A DNA stretch of 64,000 bases from Scyliorhinus canicula (lineage: Eukaryota): assembly GCF_902713615.1 (NCBI RefSeq), contig NC_052162.1, positions 103,195,811 to 103,259,810 of the forward strand. Reading direction: 5' to 3'. Below are positions 22,975 to 34,460 of this stretch, piece after piece (the first letter of the stretch is position 1; each line of letters begins with the position of its first letter). The notes below the pieces were generated by a model that searched no databases, was not told where the DNA came from, and saw nothing but the letters and a program-made list of their open reading frames with translations. Both the position numbers and the translations under genes were made by a program.

Positions 22975-23702
22975 GGGCTGGATTCTCCCCTACCCGGCGT
23001 GACGGAGGGTGCCGGCGTAGGGGAGTGGCGCCAACCACTCAGGGGTCGCGCCTCCCCAAAGGTGGGGAATTCTCCCCACCTTTGGGGGCCAGCCCCGCGC
23101 CGGAGCAGTTTGCACCAGAAGACTGGCGCAAACACCCGGCGCAGTCGGAAGCAGGGCTGGCCGAAAGGCTTTCGGCGGTCGGCGCATGCGCCGGCAGTGA
23201 CGTCAGCGGCAGCTGGCCGCTGACGTCACTGCCGGCGCATGCGCGATGCGGGGTTCTCCTCCGCGTCCGCCATGGCGGAGGCCGTGGCGGCGCGGAAGGA
23301 GAAAGAGTGCCCCCACGGCACTGCCCCGCGGAGTGAGCGGGGGGCCCCGATCGCGGGCCAGGCCTCCGTGGGGGCACCCCCCCGGGTCCGATCGCCCCCC
23401 GCCCCCCCAGGACCCCGGGGGCCTGCTCGCGCCGCTGAGCCCGCCGTTCCAGAGGTGGTTTAAACCTCGGCGGCGGGAGAAGGCCTCCCAGTGGCGGGAC
23501 TTCGGCCCATCCGGGCCGGAGATTTGAGGTAAGTTTAAAAAAAATGAAATCCCGCCGGCGCCAGCTGTTTTCACAGGCTGCCGGCGGGATTTGCACAACG
23601 CCGGTTTATGATCGGCGGGAGAATTCAAAAACCTGCGGGAGCGGAAATAACGCCGCTTCCCGCCAATTCTCCGACCCTGCGTGGGGTCGGAGAATTTCGC
23701 CC
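22975..23702. mobile_element. GC-rich non-autonomous DNA transposon (PIF/Harbinger-type MITE)
   Basis: TIRs GGGCTGGATTCTCC and GGGCGAAATTCTCC (11/14); 3-bp CAG flanks at 22972-22974 and 23703-23705; several long internal palindromes. Confidence 0.75.
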
Positions 23703-23812
23703 CAGGTGTCAGATTTGGAGGAAGGTGAGCACTTTGGTGATAGGAACCACAATTTGATTACGTTTACTTTAGTGATGTAGGGGATAGGTATATACAGCAA
23801 GGCAAGAGTCAT

Positions 23813-24160
23813 ATAGAACATAGAACATAGAACAGTACAGCACAGAACAGGCCCTTCGGCCCTCGATGTTGTGCCGAGCAATGATCACCCTACTCAAACC
23901 CACGTATCCACCCTATTCCCGTAACCCAACAACACCCCCTTAACCTTACTTATTAGGACACTACGGGCAATTTACCATGGCCAATCCACCTAACCCACAC
24001 ATCTTTGGACTGTGGGAGGAAACCGGAGCACCCGGAGGAAACCCACGCACACACGGGGAGGACGTGCAGACTCCGCACAGACAGTGACCCAGCCGGGAAC
24101 CGAACCTGGGACCCTGGAGCTGTGAAGCATTTATGCTAACCACCATGCTACCGTGCTGCC
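23813..24160 (-). mobile_element. HE1 V-SINE subfamily with (gttctat)n tail
   Basis: Near identical to 46597-46952; tail matches the 3' ends of the young CR1 copies. Confidence 0.9.
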
Positions 24161-26571
24161 TTTTTGAATAGCCGGCGACAATCCCTTATTTTACATTTTA
24201 AACATCCTAAACTGCGACGATTTCGAAGGGGCTCGAAATCATCTGGGAGAAAGGCAATTATGATGCGATGAGGCAAGGCCGAGGATGCATCGGCTGGAGA
24301 GGAAAACTGCAGGGGGTGGGCACAATGGAAATGTTCAACTACTGCGTGTCCTTGATAAGTCTGTACCTGTTAGGCAGGGAGGAAGTGGTTAAGCGAGGGA
24401 ACCATGGTTTACTAAAGTAGTTGAAACACTTGTCAAGAGGAAGAAGGAAGATGGTTCAATTAGGGCACTTGAGAGTTACAAGTTAGCTAGGAAGGCTCTA
24501 AAGAGGGAGCTAAGAAGAGCCAGGAGAGGACATGAGAAGTCTTTGGCAGGTAGGATCAAGGATAACCCTAAAGCTTTCTATAGATATGTCAGGAATAAAA
24601 GAATGACTAAGGTAAGAGTAGGGCCAGTCAAGGACAGTAGTGGGAAGTTGTGCGTGGAGTCCGAGGAGATAGGAGAGGTGCTAAATGAGTATTTTCCGTC
24701 CGTATTCACACAGGAAAAAGACAATGTTGTTGAGGAGAATACTGAGATACAGGCTACTAGACTAGAAGGGCTTGAGGTTCATAAGAAGGAGGAGGTGTTA
24801 GCAATTCTAGAAAGTGTGAAAATAGATAAGTCCCCTGGGCCTGATGGGATTTATCCTAGGATTCTTTGGGAAGCTAGGGAGGAGATTGCTGAGCCTTTGG
24901 CCTTGATCTTTAAGGCATCTTTGTCTACAGGAATAGTGCCAGAGGACTGGAGGATAGCATATGTTGTCCCCTTGTACAAGAAGGGGAGTAGAGATAACCC
25001 CGGTAACTATAGGCCAGTGAGTCTTACTTCTGTTGTGGGAAAAGTCTTGGAAAGGTTTATAAGAGATAGGATGTATAATCATCTGGAAAGGGATAATTTG
25101 ATTAGATATAGTCAACATGGTTTTGTGAAGGGTAGGTCGTGCCTCACAAACCTCATTGAGTTCTTCGAGAAGGTGACCAAACAGGTGGATGAGGGTAAAG
25201 CAGTTGATGTGGTGTATATGGATTTCAGTAAAGCGTTTGATAAGGTCCCCACGGTAGGGTATTGCAGAAAATACAGAGGCATGGGATTCAGGGTGATTGA
25301 GCAGTTTGGATCAGAAATTGGCTAGCTGATAGAAGACAAAGGGTGGTGGTTGATGGGAAATGTTCAGACCGGTGTCCAGTTACTAGTGGTGTACCACAAG
25401 GATCTGTTTTGGGGCCGCTGCTCTTTGTCATTTTTATAAATGACCTGGAGGAGGGTGTAGAAGGATGGGTGAGTAAATTTGCAGACGACACTAGAGTTGT
25501 GGACAGTGCAGAAGGATGTTACAATTTACAGAGGGACATAGATAAGCTGCAGAGCTGGGCTGACAGGTGGCAAATGGAGTTTAATGCAGAAAAGTGTGAG
25601 GTGATTCATTTTGGAAGGAATAACAGGAAGACAGAGTACAGGGCTAATGGTAAGATTCTTGGTAGTGTGGACGAGCAGAGAGATCTCGGTGTCCATGTCC
25701 ATAGATCCCTGAAAGTTGCCACCCAGGTTGAGAGGGTTGTTAAGAAGACGTACGGTGTTAGCTTTTATTGGTAGAGGAATTGAGTTTCGGAGCCATGAAG
25801 TCATGTTGCAGTTGTACAAAACTCTGGTGCGGCCGCATTTGGAGTATTGCGTGCAGTTCTGGTCGCCGCATTATAGGAAGGATGTGGAAGCACTGGAAAG
25901 GGTACAGAGGAGATTTACAAGGATGTTGCCTGGTATGGAGGGAAGATCATATGAGGAAAGGCTGAAGGACTTGAGGCTGTTTTCGTTAGAGAGAAGAAGG
26001 TTAAGAGGTGACTTAATTGACGCATACAAGATGATCAGAGGATTAGATAGGGTGGACAGTGAGAGCTTTTTTCCTCGGATGGTGATGTCCAGCACGAGGG
26101 GACATAGCTTTAAATTGAGGGGAGATAGATGTAGGACAGATGTCAGAGGTAGGTTCTTTATTCAGAGAGTAGTAAGGGCATGGAATGCCCTGCCTGCAAC
26201 AGTAGTGGACTCGCCAACATTGAAAGCATTCAAATGGTCATTGGATAGGCATGTGGACGATAAGGGAATAGTGTAGAGGGACTTTAGAGGGGTTTCACAG
26301 GACGGCGCAACATCATGGGCCAAAGGGCCTGTACTGCGCTGTAATGTTCTATGTCCTATGTTCTAAATGTTCATTCCTTCTTACGTACCCTATCTACATC
26401 CCTCATTTATTTTGTACATCTCGATCAGGTCCACCCTCAGCCTTCTCTGCTCAGAGGAAAGTAACTCCAGCCTAACCAGCCTCCTAATGTCTGAAATACT
26501 CCAGCCCAAGCAACATCTTGGTGAATCTCCGAAGCAATCACATCCTTCCTAGGTGTGGTGACCAGAATGGT

Positions 26572-26892
26572 GTGGCACGGTGTCATGGTGGTTAGCTCTG
26601 CTGCCTCACAGTGTCAGGGACCCGGGTTCGATTCCGACTTTGGGTAACTGTGTGGAGTTTGCACGTTCTCCCAATGTCTGCATGGGTTTCCTCTGGATTC
26701 TCTGCTTTCCTCATATAGTCCAAAGATGTTTACGTTAGATGGATTGGCAATGCTCAATTGCCCTTCGTGTTCAAAGGTTAGGTGGGATTAAGAGGTGGTG
26801 GGGATCTGGCCTAGGTAGGGTGCTCCTTTGGAGGGTCGGTTCAGGCTAGATGGGCCAAATAGCCTTCTCCTGCACTATAGGGCTTCTGTGAT
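26572..26892 (+). mobile_element. diverged HE1 V-SINE
   Basis: Head ggcacggtgtcatggtggttagc, B-box ggttcgattcc, V core and tail. Confidence 0.8.
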
Positions 26893-27239
26893 TTGTTAAG
26901 CATGATTTGCTTTTCACAAACCATGCTGGCTTTGTCCTATCCCATGAATGATTCAACTGTTCGGATACCACATCTTTCATAATATACTCTTAGCATCTTC
27001 CCCACTACTGGTGTCAGGATAACTGGTCTGTAATTCTCCCTTTTTCTCTCCCACCTTGTATAAATAGAGGGTTACATTTGCCACCCTCCGACTATTTTGA
27101 TTGAACCAATTAAACGAAATTAAACAAACTGAGGGACAAATTAAAATGGGCAGCCCTTAAAGGGTTACTGCCCTAAACAAAAACAAAGAGCAAATGAAAC
27201 TTAAAACATCAAACTGAAGGTAATCATGAAACTTATCAA

Positions 27240-27755
27240 TTGTCATAAATGCCCATCTGGTTCACTAATGTACTTTACGAAGGGAAATCTGCCATCCTTA
27301 CCCGATCTGGCCTGCATGTGACTCCAGACCCACAGCAATGCGGTTGACTCATAACTGCTCTCAAGGGATTGGCAGCAAATTAGCCACAGTGGTTAGCCCT
27401 GCTGCATCACAGTGCCAGGGACTGGGTTCAATTCCGGCCTTGGGTGACAGTCTGTGTGGAGTTTGTGCATTCTCCCCGTCCCTGCGTGGGTTTCCTCTGT
27501 TCGCTCCGGTTGCCTCCCACAGTCCACAGATGTGCAGGTTAGGTGAATTGGCCCTTATTGCCCAGAAGTGTCCAAAGGTTACGTGGGGTTATGGGGATAG
27601 GGCAGGCGAGTGGGCCTAGGTAGGGTGCTCTTTCAGAGGGTTGGTGCAGACTCGATGGGCCGAATGGCCCTTCTGCACTGTAGGGATTCTAAGATTCTAT
27701 GAAATGTTGGCCTCACCACTAACTCCCTCATTCCACGGGCGAATAAAAGAAAATC
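27240..27755 (+). mobile_element. DeuSINE-like fragment split by an HE1 SINE (about 27373-27700)
   Basis: Core cccatctggttcactaatgt...ggaaatctgccatccttacc on the left; tail ...cattccacgggcgaataaaa on the right. Confidence 0.6.
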
Positions 27756-28093
27756 TAAATTTTGTGCAGGGTTGAATGGTCAGGAGTGTGTTAGAATAGT
27801 CAAGTCGAGAGGTAATGAAGGGATGGATGTTTCAGAAACATGAACTGAGAGATGCAAAATCTAGCGACGTTACTGAAGTGGACATAGGCGGACTTGGAGA
27901 TCACACCGATATGTGATCAGAAACTCAGCTGGGGGTGAAATATTTCACCCTGGTTGTGAATGGTCTGGTTCAGCCAGAATTGTCTGGTTCAGTTATCATG
28001 GAGAGGGAAGGAGTCAGTCTAAGGAGTGCAGTTTGTAGTGGGGACTGATGACAATGGCTTCAGTCGTTCCAACATTTCTTAAAAGACGTTTCT

Positions 28094-30243
28094 AATCACG
28101 CGCAGTGCAAACAAGCCCGACACAAATTCCGGTACCTGGGGATCCAAATAGCCCATGACTGGAAAGGGATCCACAAATGGAACCTCACCAGCCTGACGGA
28201 GGAAGTAAAAAAGCACCTGCCAAGATGGAACACACTCCCACTTTCCCTCGCGGGGAGAGTCCAGACGATCAAAATGAACGTACTGCCCAGGTTCCTCTTC
28301 CTGTTTAGATCCATTCCGATCTACATCCCCAAGGCCTTTTTCAAAGCGCTGGACAAACTTATCATGGCGTTCATATTGGGGGGGGGGGGTAAAAATGCTA
28401 GGATCCCAAAGAAGGTCCTACAAAAAACAAAATCCAGTCCTCCCGAACCTACAATTCTACCACTGGGCGGCAACAGCCGAGCGAGTAAGGGGATGGATCC
28501 AGGAGCCAGAAGCCAAGTGGGTGCGTGCGGAGGAGGCCTCCTGCATGGGGACCTCCCTCCGGGCCTTCGCCACGGCAGCACTCCCATCCCCACCCAAAAA
28601 ACACTCCAGCAGCCCAGAAGTGACAGCCACCCTCCAATCCTGGAACCAACTGCGGCAGCAATTTGGCCTGACCAAAATGTCGGACATGGCTCCCATCTGC
28701 AACAACCATAGGTTCACACCAGCACTGACTGACCCCACCTTCAAAAGATGGAGGCAGGACGGGGGGGACACTGACAGGTTCCTCTTCCTGTTTAGATCCA
28801 TTCCGATCTACATCCCCAAGGCCTTTTTCAAAGCGCTGGACAAACTTATCATGGCGTTCATATTGGGGGGGGGGTAAAAATGCTAGGATCCCAAAGAAGG
28901 TCCTACAAAAAACGGACGACAGGATCGCAACACTGGACGAACTGACAGAGAAATTTCGGCTAGCCAGGGGGAACAGGCTACGGTACCTGCAGCTCAAAAA
29001 CGTCTTGCGAAAGGAGACAAGGACGTACCCACAACCGCCATGACAGACACTACTGGAAGACCTACTGGACGCAAGTATCCTAGACAAAGGGAACTGTAGC
29101 GACATGTATGACCGACTGGTAGAAAGGGACTGTACTGGACGCAACAAGAAAGAAATGGGAGGATGACCTGGGGGTTGAGATAGCGTGAGGACTCTGGAGC
29201 GAAGCACTGCATAGGGTGAACTCCACCTCCACATGCGCAAGACTCAGCCTGACGCAACTAAAAGTGGTACATAGAGCCCACTTAACAAGAAACCGTATGA
29301 GTAGGTTCTTCCTGGAAGTGGAGGACAGATGTGAACGGTGCCAAAGAGGCCCGGCCAACCACGCCCACAAGTTCTGGTGTTGCCCCAAACTTGTGGAGTA
29401 CTGGACAGCCTTCTTCGAGGCTATGTCCAAAGTGGTGGGGGTGAGGGTGGAGCCATGCCCGATAGTGGCGGTCTTCGGGGTTTCAGACCAGCCAGATCTA
29501 TTCCTGGGGAGGAGGGCGGACGCCCTTGCCTTTGCCTCCCTGATCGCCCGCCGTAGAATCCTGTTTGGCTGGAGGTTAGCAGCACCTCCCAGAGCTGCAG
29601 ACTGACTGTCCAACCTCTCGGAATCTCTCCAAATGGAGAAAATCAAATTCGCCATCCGAGGGTCAGACAATGGCTTCCACAGAACGTGGGAGCCATTCAT
29701 GCAATTTTCCGGGACCTGTTTGTGGCCAACGAACAAGAGGAAGAATAGTCGGGTGGCCAAGAATCAGGGGAAAATGGACGTGAATCGGGGGAAGGTAGCC
29801 GGGTTGGGGGGGGGGGGGGCTACGGGTTTGTTATGGGGGTTTGTTTGCATGGTTTTACGCTTATTTATTTTTCTTGTTAATTTATTGTTTTTGTATTGGA
29901 GGGGTTACTGTTTTTCTCTGTTGTGATAAAATTTGTTGTTGAAAACTTGAATAAAAATTATTCCAAAAAAAAAGGAAGGACAAAGCCGCAAGCGACAGTC
30001 TGATGGCAAGCTAAGGCCCAAAACCAAATTGTAAATAAATGCCTATAAACATGTGCCTCGGCCATATTGGGGAATGTAAAATATGTCTGCCGGTTAAAGG
30101 AGACGGCCACAGTTGTTATTATGAAGATGCTTGCCTGTAAATATACATGTTAATTTTTGCGTGTTTTTTTTTCTAATAATTTGTAGTTTGTTGGATATAA
30201 AATATGAAAACTCAATAAAAAACATTTCCAAAAAAAATAATAA
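28094..30243 (+). mobile_element. 5'-truncated L1-clade LINE with 14-bp TSD, inserted in an L2-like relic
   Basis: ORF2 C-terminal motifs KMNVLPRFLFLF and CERCQRGPANHAHKFWCCP; TSD taaaagacgtttct at 28080-28093 and 30244-30257 (TT|AAAA target). Confidence 0.9.
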
Positions 30244-30304
30244 TAAAAGACGTTTCTGTTCATGCAGTACTGGATGTCAGACAACTCAGGATGGTGTGAG
30301 ACAG

Positions 30305-30665
30305 GACAGCACGGTGGTGCCTCACGGCGCCGAGGACCCGGGTTCCATCCCAACCCCGGGTCACTGTCCTTGTGGAGTTTGCACATTCTCCCCATGTCTG
30401 CGAGGGTCTCATCCCCACAACCCAAAGATGTGCAGAGTAGGTGAATTGGCCACGTTAACTTACCCCTTAACTTGAAAAAAATGAATAGGATACTCTAAAT
30501 TAATTTTTCTTAAACAAATCCATAGAATCCTGACAGTGCAGATGGAGGCCATTCAGCTCCTCGTCCACTGACCCTCTCAAAGAGCATCCTCTCTCGGCCC
30601 ACTCCCTGGGATCGAACCTGGGACCTCAGTGCCGTGCGGCAGCAGTGCTAACCACTGTGCTGCCC
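30305..30665. mobile_element. short HE1-like SINE (+, about 30305-30512) followed by a deleted HE1 piece (-, about 30519-30665)
   Basis: Head, core and tail motifs shared with the other copies. Confidence 0.7.
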
Positions 30666-30669
30666 TAGG

Positions 30670-31610
30670 TAGTTTTTTTAAAAAATCATTTGCGGGATTT
30701 GGCCATCACTGGATATGCCAGCATTTTCGCAGTAACTTCATTGCAGTGTTAATGTAAACCTACTTGTGGCAATAATAAAGATTATTATTATTGCTCATCC
30801 CTATTTGCCCTTCAGAAGATGGTGGTGATTTGCCTTCTTGAACCGCTGCAGTCCTTGAGGCTTGGGTACACCCACAGTGCTGTGAGGGAGGCAGTTCCAG
30901 GATGTTGCCCCAGCAGTGAAGGAACGGCGATATATTTCTAAGTCAGGGTGGAGAGTGACTTGGAGGGGAACCTCCAGGTGATGGGGTTCCCAGGTATCTG
31001 CTGCCCTTGTCCTTTTAGATGGTAGTGATAGTGGGTTTGGAAGGTGCTGTCGGAAGAAAACCAGCGAGTTACTGCAGTGCATCTTGCAGATGGTACACAC
31101 GACTGTCGGTAGTGGAGGGTTCGAATGCTTGTGGAAGGGGCAGCAATCAAGCGGCTGCTTTGTCCTAGATGGTGTTGAGCTACTGGAGTGTTGTTGGAGC
31201 TGCAATCTCGGCAAGTGGAGAGTATTCCTCAACATTCCTCACTTGTGCCCAGTAGATGGCGGACAGGTTTGGGGGGTCAGGAGGCGAGTTACTTGCCATA
31301 GGATTCCTCACCTTTGACCTGCCCTGGTAGCCACAGTATTGATATAGCTAGTCCAGTTCAGTTTCTGATCAATGGTAAGCCCCAAGATGTTGATTGTGGG
31401 GGATACAGGGATTTTCACAGTAACTTCATTGCGGTGTTAATGTAAGCCTACTTCTGACACCAATAAAAATTATTACTATGCCATTGAATGTCATGGGGCA
31501 GTGGTTAGATCCTTTCTTGCAGGAGATGGTCATTGCCTGACATTTGTGTGACACGAATGTAAATTGCCACTTGTCAGCCCAAGCCTGGATATTGTCCAGG
31601 TCTTGCACCG
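30670..31610 (-). mobile_element. old CR1/L2-group LINE RT 3' fragment
   Basis: QDLDNIQAWADKWQFTFVSHKCQAMTI (ORF 31426-31608); a related piece lies at 53100-53310. Confidence 0.7.
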
Positions 31611-31677
31611 ACCCACTTAAGCCCCCACTTCCAACCCATCACTGTCACCCAATAATGCCTCCTAATCTTTTTTTTTG

Positions 31678-31885
31678 GACACTAAGGGCAATTTAGCTTG
31701 GCCAATCCACCTAACCTGCACGTCTTTGGACTGTGGGAGGAAACGGGAGCACCTAGAGGAAACCCATGCAGACACGGGAAGAACGTGCATTCTCCGCACA
31801 GACAGTGACCCAGCTGGGAATTGAACCTGGGACCCTGGCGCTGTGAAGCCACAGTGCCAGCCACTTGTGCTACCATGCTGCCCAC
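31678..31885 (-). mobile_element. HE1 V-SINE 5' part
   Basis: HE1 head and V core. Confidence 0.8.
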
Positions 31886-32265
31886 TGAATACTCAGTAAT
31901 TTGGCCTCCACAGCCTTCTGCAGCAAAGAGTTCCACAGATTCACCACCCTCTGGCTGAAGAAATTCCTCCTCATCGCTGTTTTAAATGATCATCCCTTGA
32001 GTCTGAGATGGTGTCCTCTGCTTCTAGTTTTTCCTACAAGTGGAAACATCCTTTCCACGTCCACTCTATCCAGGCCTTGCAGTATCTTGTAAGTTTCAAT
32101 AAGATCCCACCTCATCCTTCTGAACTCCAACGAGTACTTATAGGATACTGCGTGGCCTGGATAGAGTGGACGTGGAGAGGATGTTTCCACTAGTGGGAAA
32201 AACTAGAAGCAGAGGACACAATCTCAGCCTAAAGGGACGATCCTTTAAAACAGAGATGAAGAGGA

Positions 32266-34121
32266 TGGCGGGCGGGAAGCGGCCGCGCAACGGAGGGTTC
32301 CCAATTTGAAACGGCATTTTCGGGGCTTTAAGCCCGGTCCCAAGGTCCACGGAGGCTTCAAAGACATGGAGAAGGCACGGAGGAGGCACAGCAGAAGAGG
32401 ATGTCAAGGGTCGGTAAGAAAACGGCCTTTAAAAGAACAGCTGAGGGCCCGTTAGGGAGAGGAGAGGTCAGCACGGGGTCACCAGGAAAAAAGGAGGCTG
32501 GAGCATCAGGGGAGGCCGCATTGCTGAAGGCTGAAGAAATAACAAAGGTAATGGCTGCAAAATTCGAAAGGCAGTTTGCAAAGCACCTGGAGGCGATGAG
32601 GAAGGAATTGAGGGAGGTTTTGAGTGTGCTGGTGGAGGAGGCGATTTCCTCGGTGACGGCGGTGGTGGCGAGTGCAGTGGCGGAGGTGCGGGCGCAAGGA
32701 GAGGCGCTGAAGGTAGTGGAGGATACGGTGGCGCAACACGGTGATCAACTTACCTCAATGGGGAAGAAGATGCGGAAGGTGATGGAGGTGAACAAGGATC
32801 TGCAAGGAAAATTGGAAGACCTGGAAAACAGGTCCAGGCGACAGAATTTGAGGATTGTGGGGCTGCCCGAAGGAGCTGAAGGGCCGAGGCCGACAGAGTA
32901 TTTTGCCGCTATGCTGGCGAAGCAATTGAGGGAGGGGGAGGATCCCTCCCGATATGAGCTGGATCGGGCTCATCGGTCGGGGAGGCCTGTACCAAAGGCG
33001 GGTGAGCCGCCAAGAGTAGTGATCTTGTGCTTCCATAGGTACTGTGTGAAGGAGAAGGTCCTATGCTGGGCCATGCAGAAGCGGGTGGTGCAGTGGGCTG
33101 GAGCTGGTATACGTGTATACCAGGACTTTACGGCGGAGCTGGCGAGGAGGCTGGCTGCTTTCAACCGGGTGAAGAGGATTGGCATTGTATATCCAGCGAA
33201 GCTGAGGGTGACTTATCAGTTCAAGGACTTTTATTTTCGAGCAGCGGAGGAGTTTGCGAAGGCAGAAGGACTGTGGCAGAACTGAGAAGTTGAGATATGG
33301 CCATGTGCCGATGTAACCTCAGGACTGTATTTTCTTCATTTTTGTCTCTTCTTTTTTGTTTTACTGCGTGCAGGTGTATGGGCTAATGGAGCCAATGTTG
33401 TATATATTTGGACAAGGGAAGTGCTGGGACTTGCACTCGAAGTGAGGGCTCATTGGGGTGTAGGTGGATATGCAGGGTTTGTGTGCTAAAAGGGGATTTC
33501 TGGGCTTTCCTAGGGCCGGGCAAAGGGGTAAGGGACCTGGGTGGGGGCCTCCGCGCTGGCCGGTTTAAACCGGTCAGTGAACGGGAGTGAGGTTGGGGGA
33601 GGGGCCGCGGTCATCGGAGCCTGGCAGAACAGGTTCCGAGTGGTCTAGCTGGGGTGGAAAGTTGGGGGGAAGAAACCGAGGTTGGGGGGAGGAGTTTTAC
33701 AAGAGGCAGTGGGCGGGAGGAGTTGGAGGGGAGGGGAGGGTTTACAACTCTTGGGTATCACATACGGTACTTTTTCAGAGGTTGGACGGTGTTGAGTATG
33801 GGGGGTGGGGGAGGGGATTCTGGGGTGACCATGGGCGGGGGGGGGGGGGGGGGTAAGGGAGGAGTGGACACTATGGTGACCATGGGCGGTCCCGGACTCC
33901 TTTCTCTTTTTCTCTTTTGTTTTTTGTTTCCACCGTGGGAGGGTTTGTTTCATTGGATACATTTATTGATAGGTGGGCTGTTGTTTGGGGTGGTGGGAGG
34001 ATGGGATCGTTGTTATTGTTAAGGGGATTGACTTTGTATTTGTTACCGTTTACTGTTTGGGGGTGGGGGGTGAATTTTGGGGGAAAATATGAAAATGGAG
34101 AATAAAACATTTTTTAAAAAA
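32266..34121 (+). mobile_element. ORF1-only L1 derivative (HAL1-like) with TSD
   Basis: 5' UTR, ORF1, G-rich spacer, 3' UTR with AATAAA and A tail; no EN or RT motifs found; TSD agagatgaagagga at 32252-32265 and 34122-34135. Confidence 0.85.
32401..33285 (+). CDS. L1-type ORF1 protein (coiled coil, RRM, CTD), 294 aa
   Basis: Uninterrupted ATG-to-stop ORF with LENRSRRQNLRIVGLPEG, ELDRAHR, RVYQDFT and YPAKLRVTY motifs. Confidence 0.85.
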   Translation: MSRVGKKTAFKRTAEGPLGRGEVSTGSPGKKEAGASGEAALLKAEEITKVMAAKFERQFAKHLEAMRKELREVLSVLVEEAISSVTAVVASAVAEVRAQGEALKVVEDTVAQHGDQLTSMGKKMRKVMEVNKDLQGKLEDLENRSRRQNLRIVGLPEGAEGPRPTEYFAAMLAKQLREGEDPSRYELDRAHRSGRPVPKAGEPPRVVILCFHRYCVKEKVLCWAMQKRVVQWAGAGIRVYQDFTAELARRLAAFNRVKRIGIVYPAKLRVTYQFKDFYFRAAEEFAKAEGLWQN

Positions 34122-34460
34122 AGAGATGAAGAGGAATTTCTGCAGCCAGAGGGTGGTGAATCCGTGGAACACTTTGATCAATAAGGGGATCAGAGTTTAT
34201 GGGGAGAAGGCAGGAGAATGGGGATGAGAAAAATATCAGCCATGATTAAATGGCAGAGCGGACTCGATGGGCCGAGTAGCCTAATTCTGCTCCTATGTTT
34301 TATGGTTTTATGGTCTAATCCGGACTGTCACAGTATTGAACCAGCTCTTCTCAATGTCACAAATTCAATCCAACGTGAATGTCAATCCACTCACCTGCTT
34401 AAGGAGCAGTGCTCCGAAAGTTAGTGATTCCAAGCAAACCTGTTGGACTTTAACCTGGTG

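Larger units (their letters stand above)
21125..26365 (+). mobile_element. CR1 LINE no.2, full-length outline, interrupted by two SINEs and a MITE
   Basis: ORF1 MAGKAVQCSSC...CGKC (21446) and esterase VVHIGTNDIG; ORF2 pieces 24543-25325, 25343-25774, 25716-26276; 3' tail gttctatgtcctatgttcta; ~83-bp 5' repeats at 21134 and 21217. Confidence 0.93.

Noticed and set aside
22905-23881. Many overlapping Ala/Gly/Pro/Arg-rich ORFs on both strands
   Set aside because: They arise from stop-codon scarcity in a GC-rich palindromic MITE; no recognisable domain
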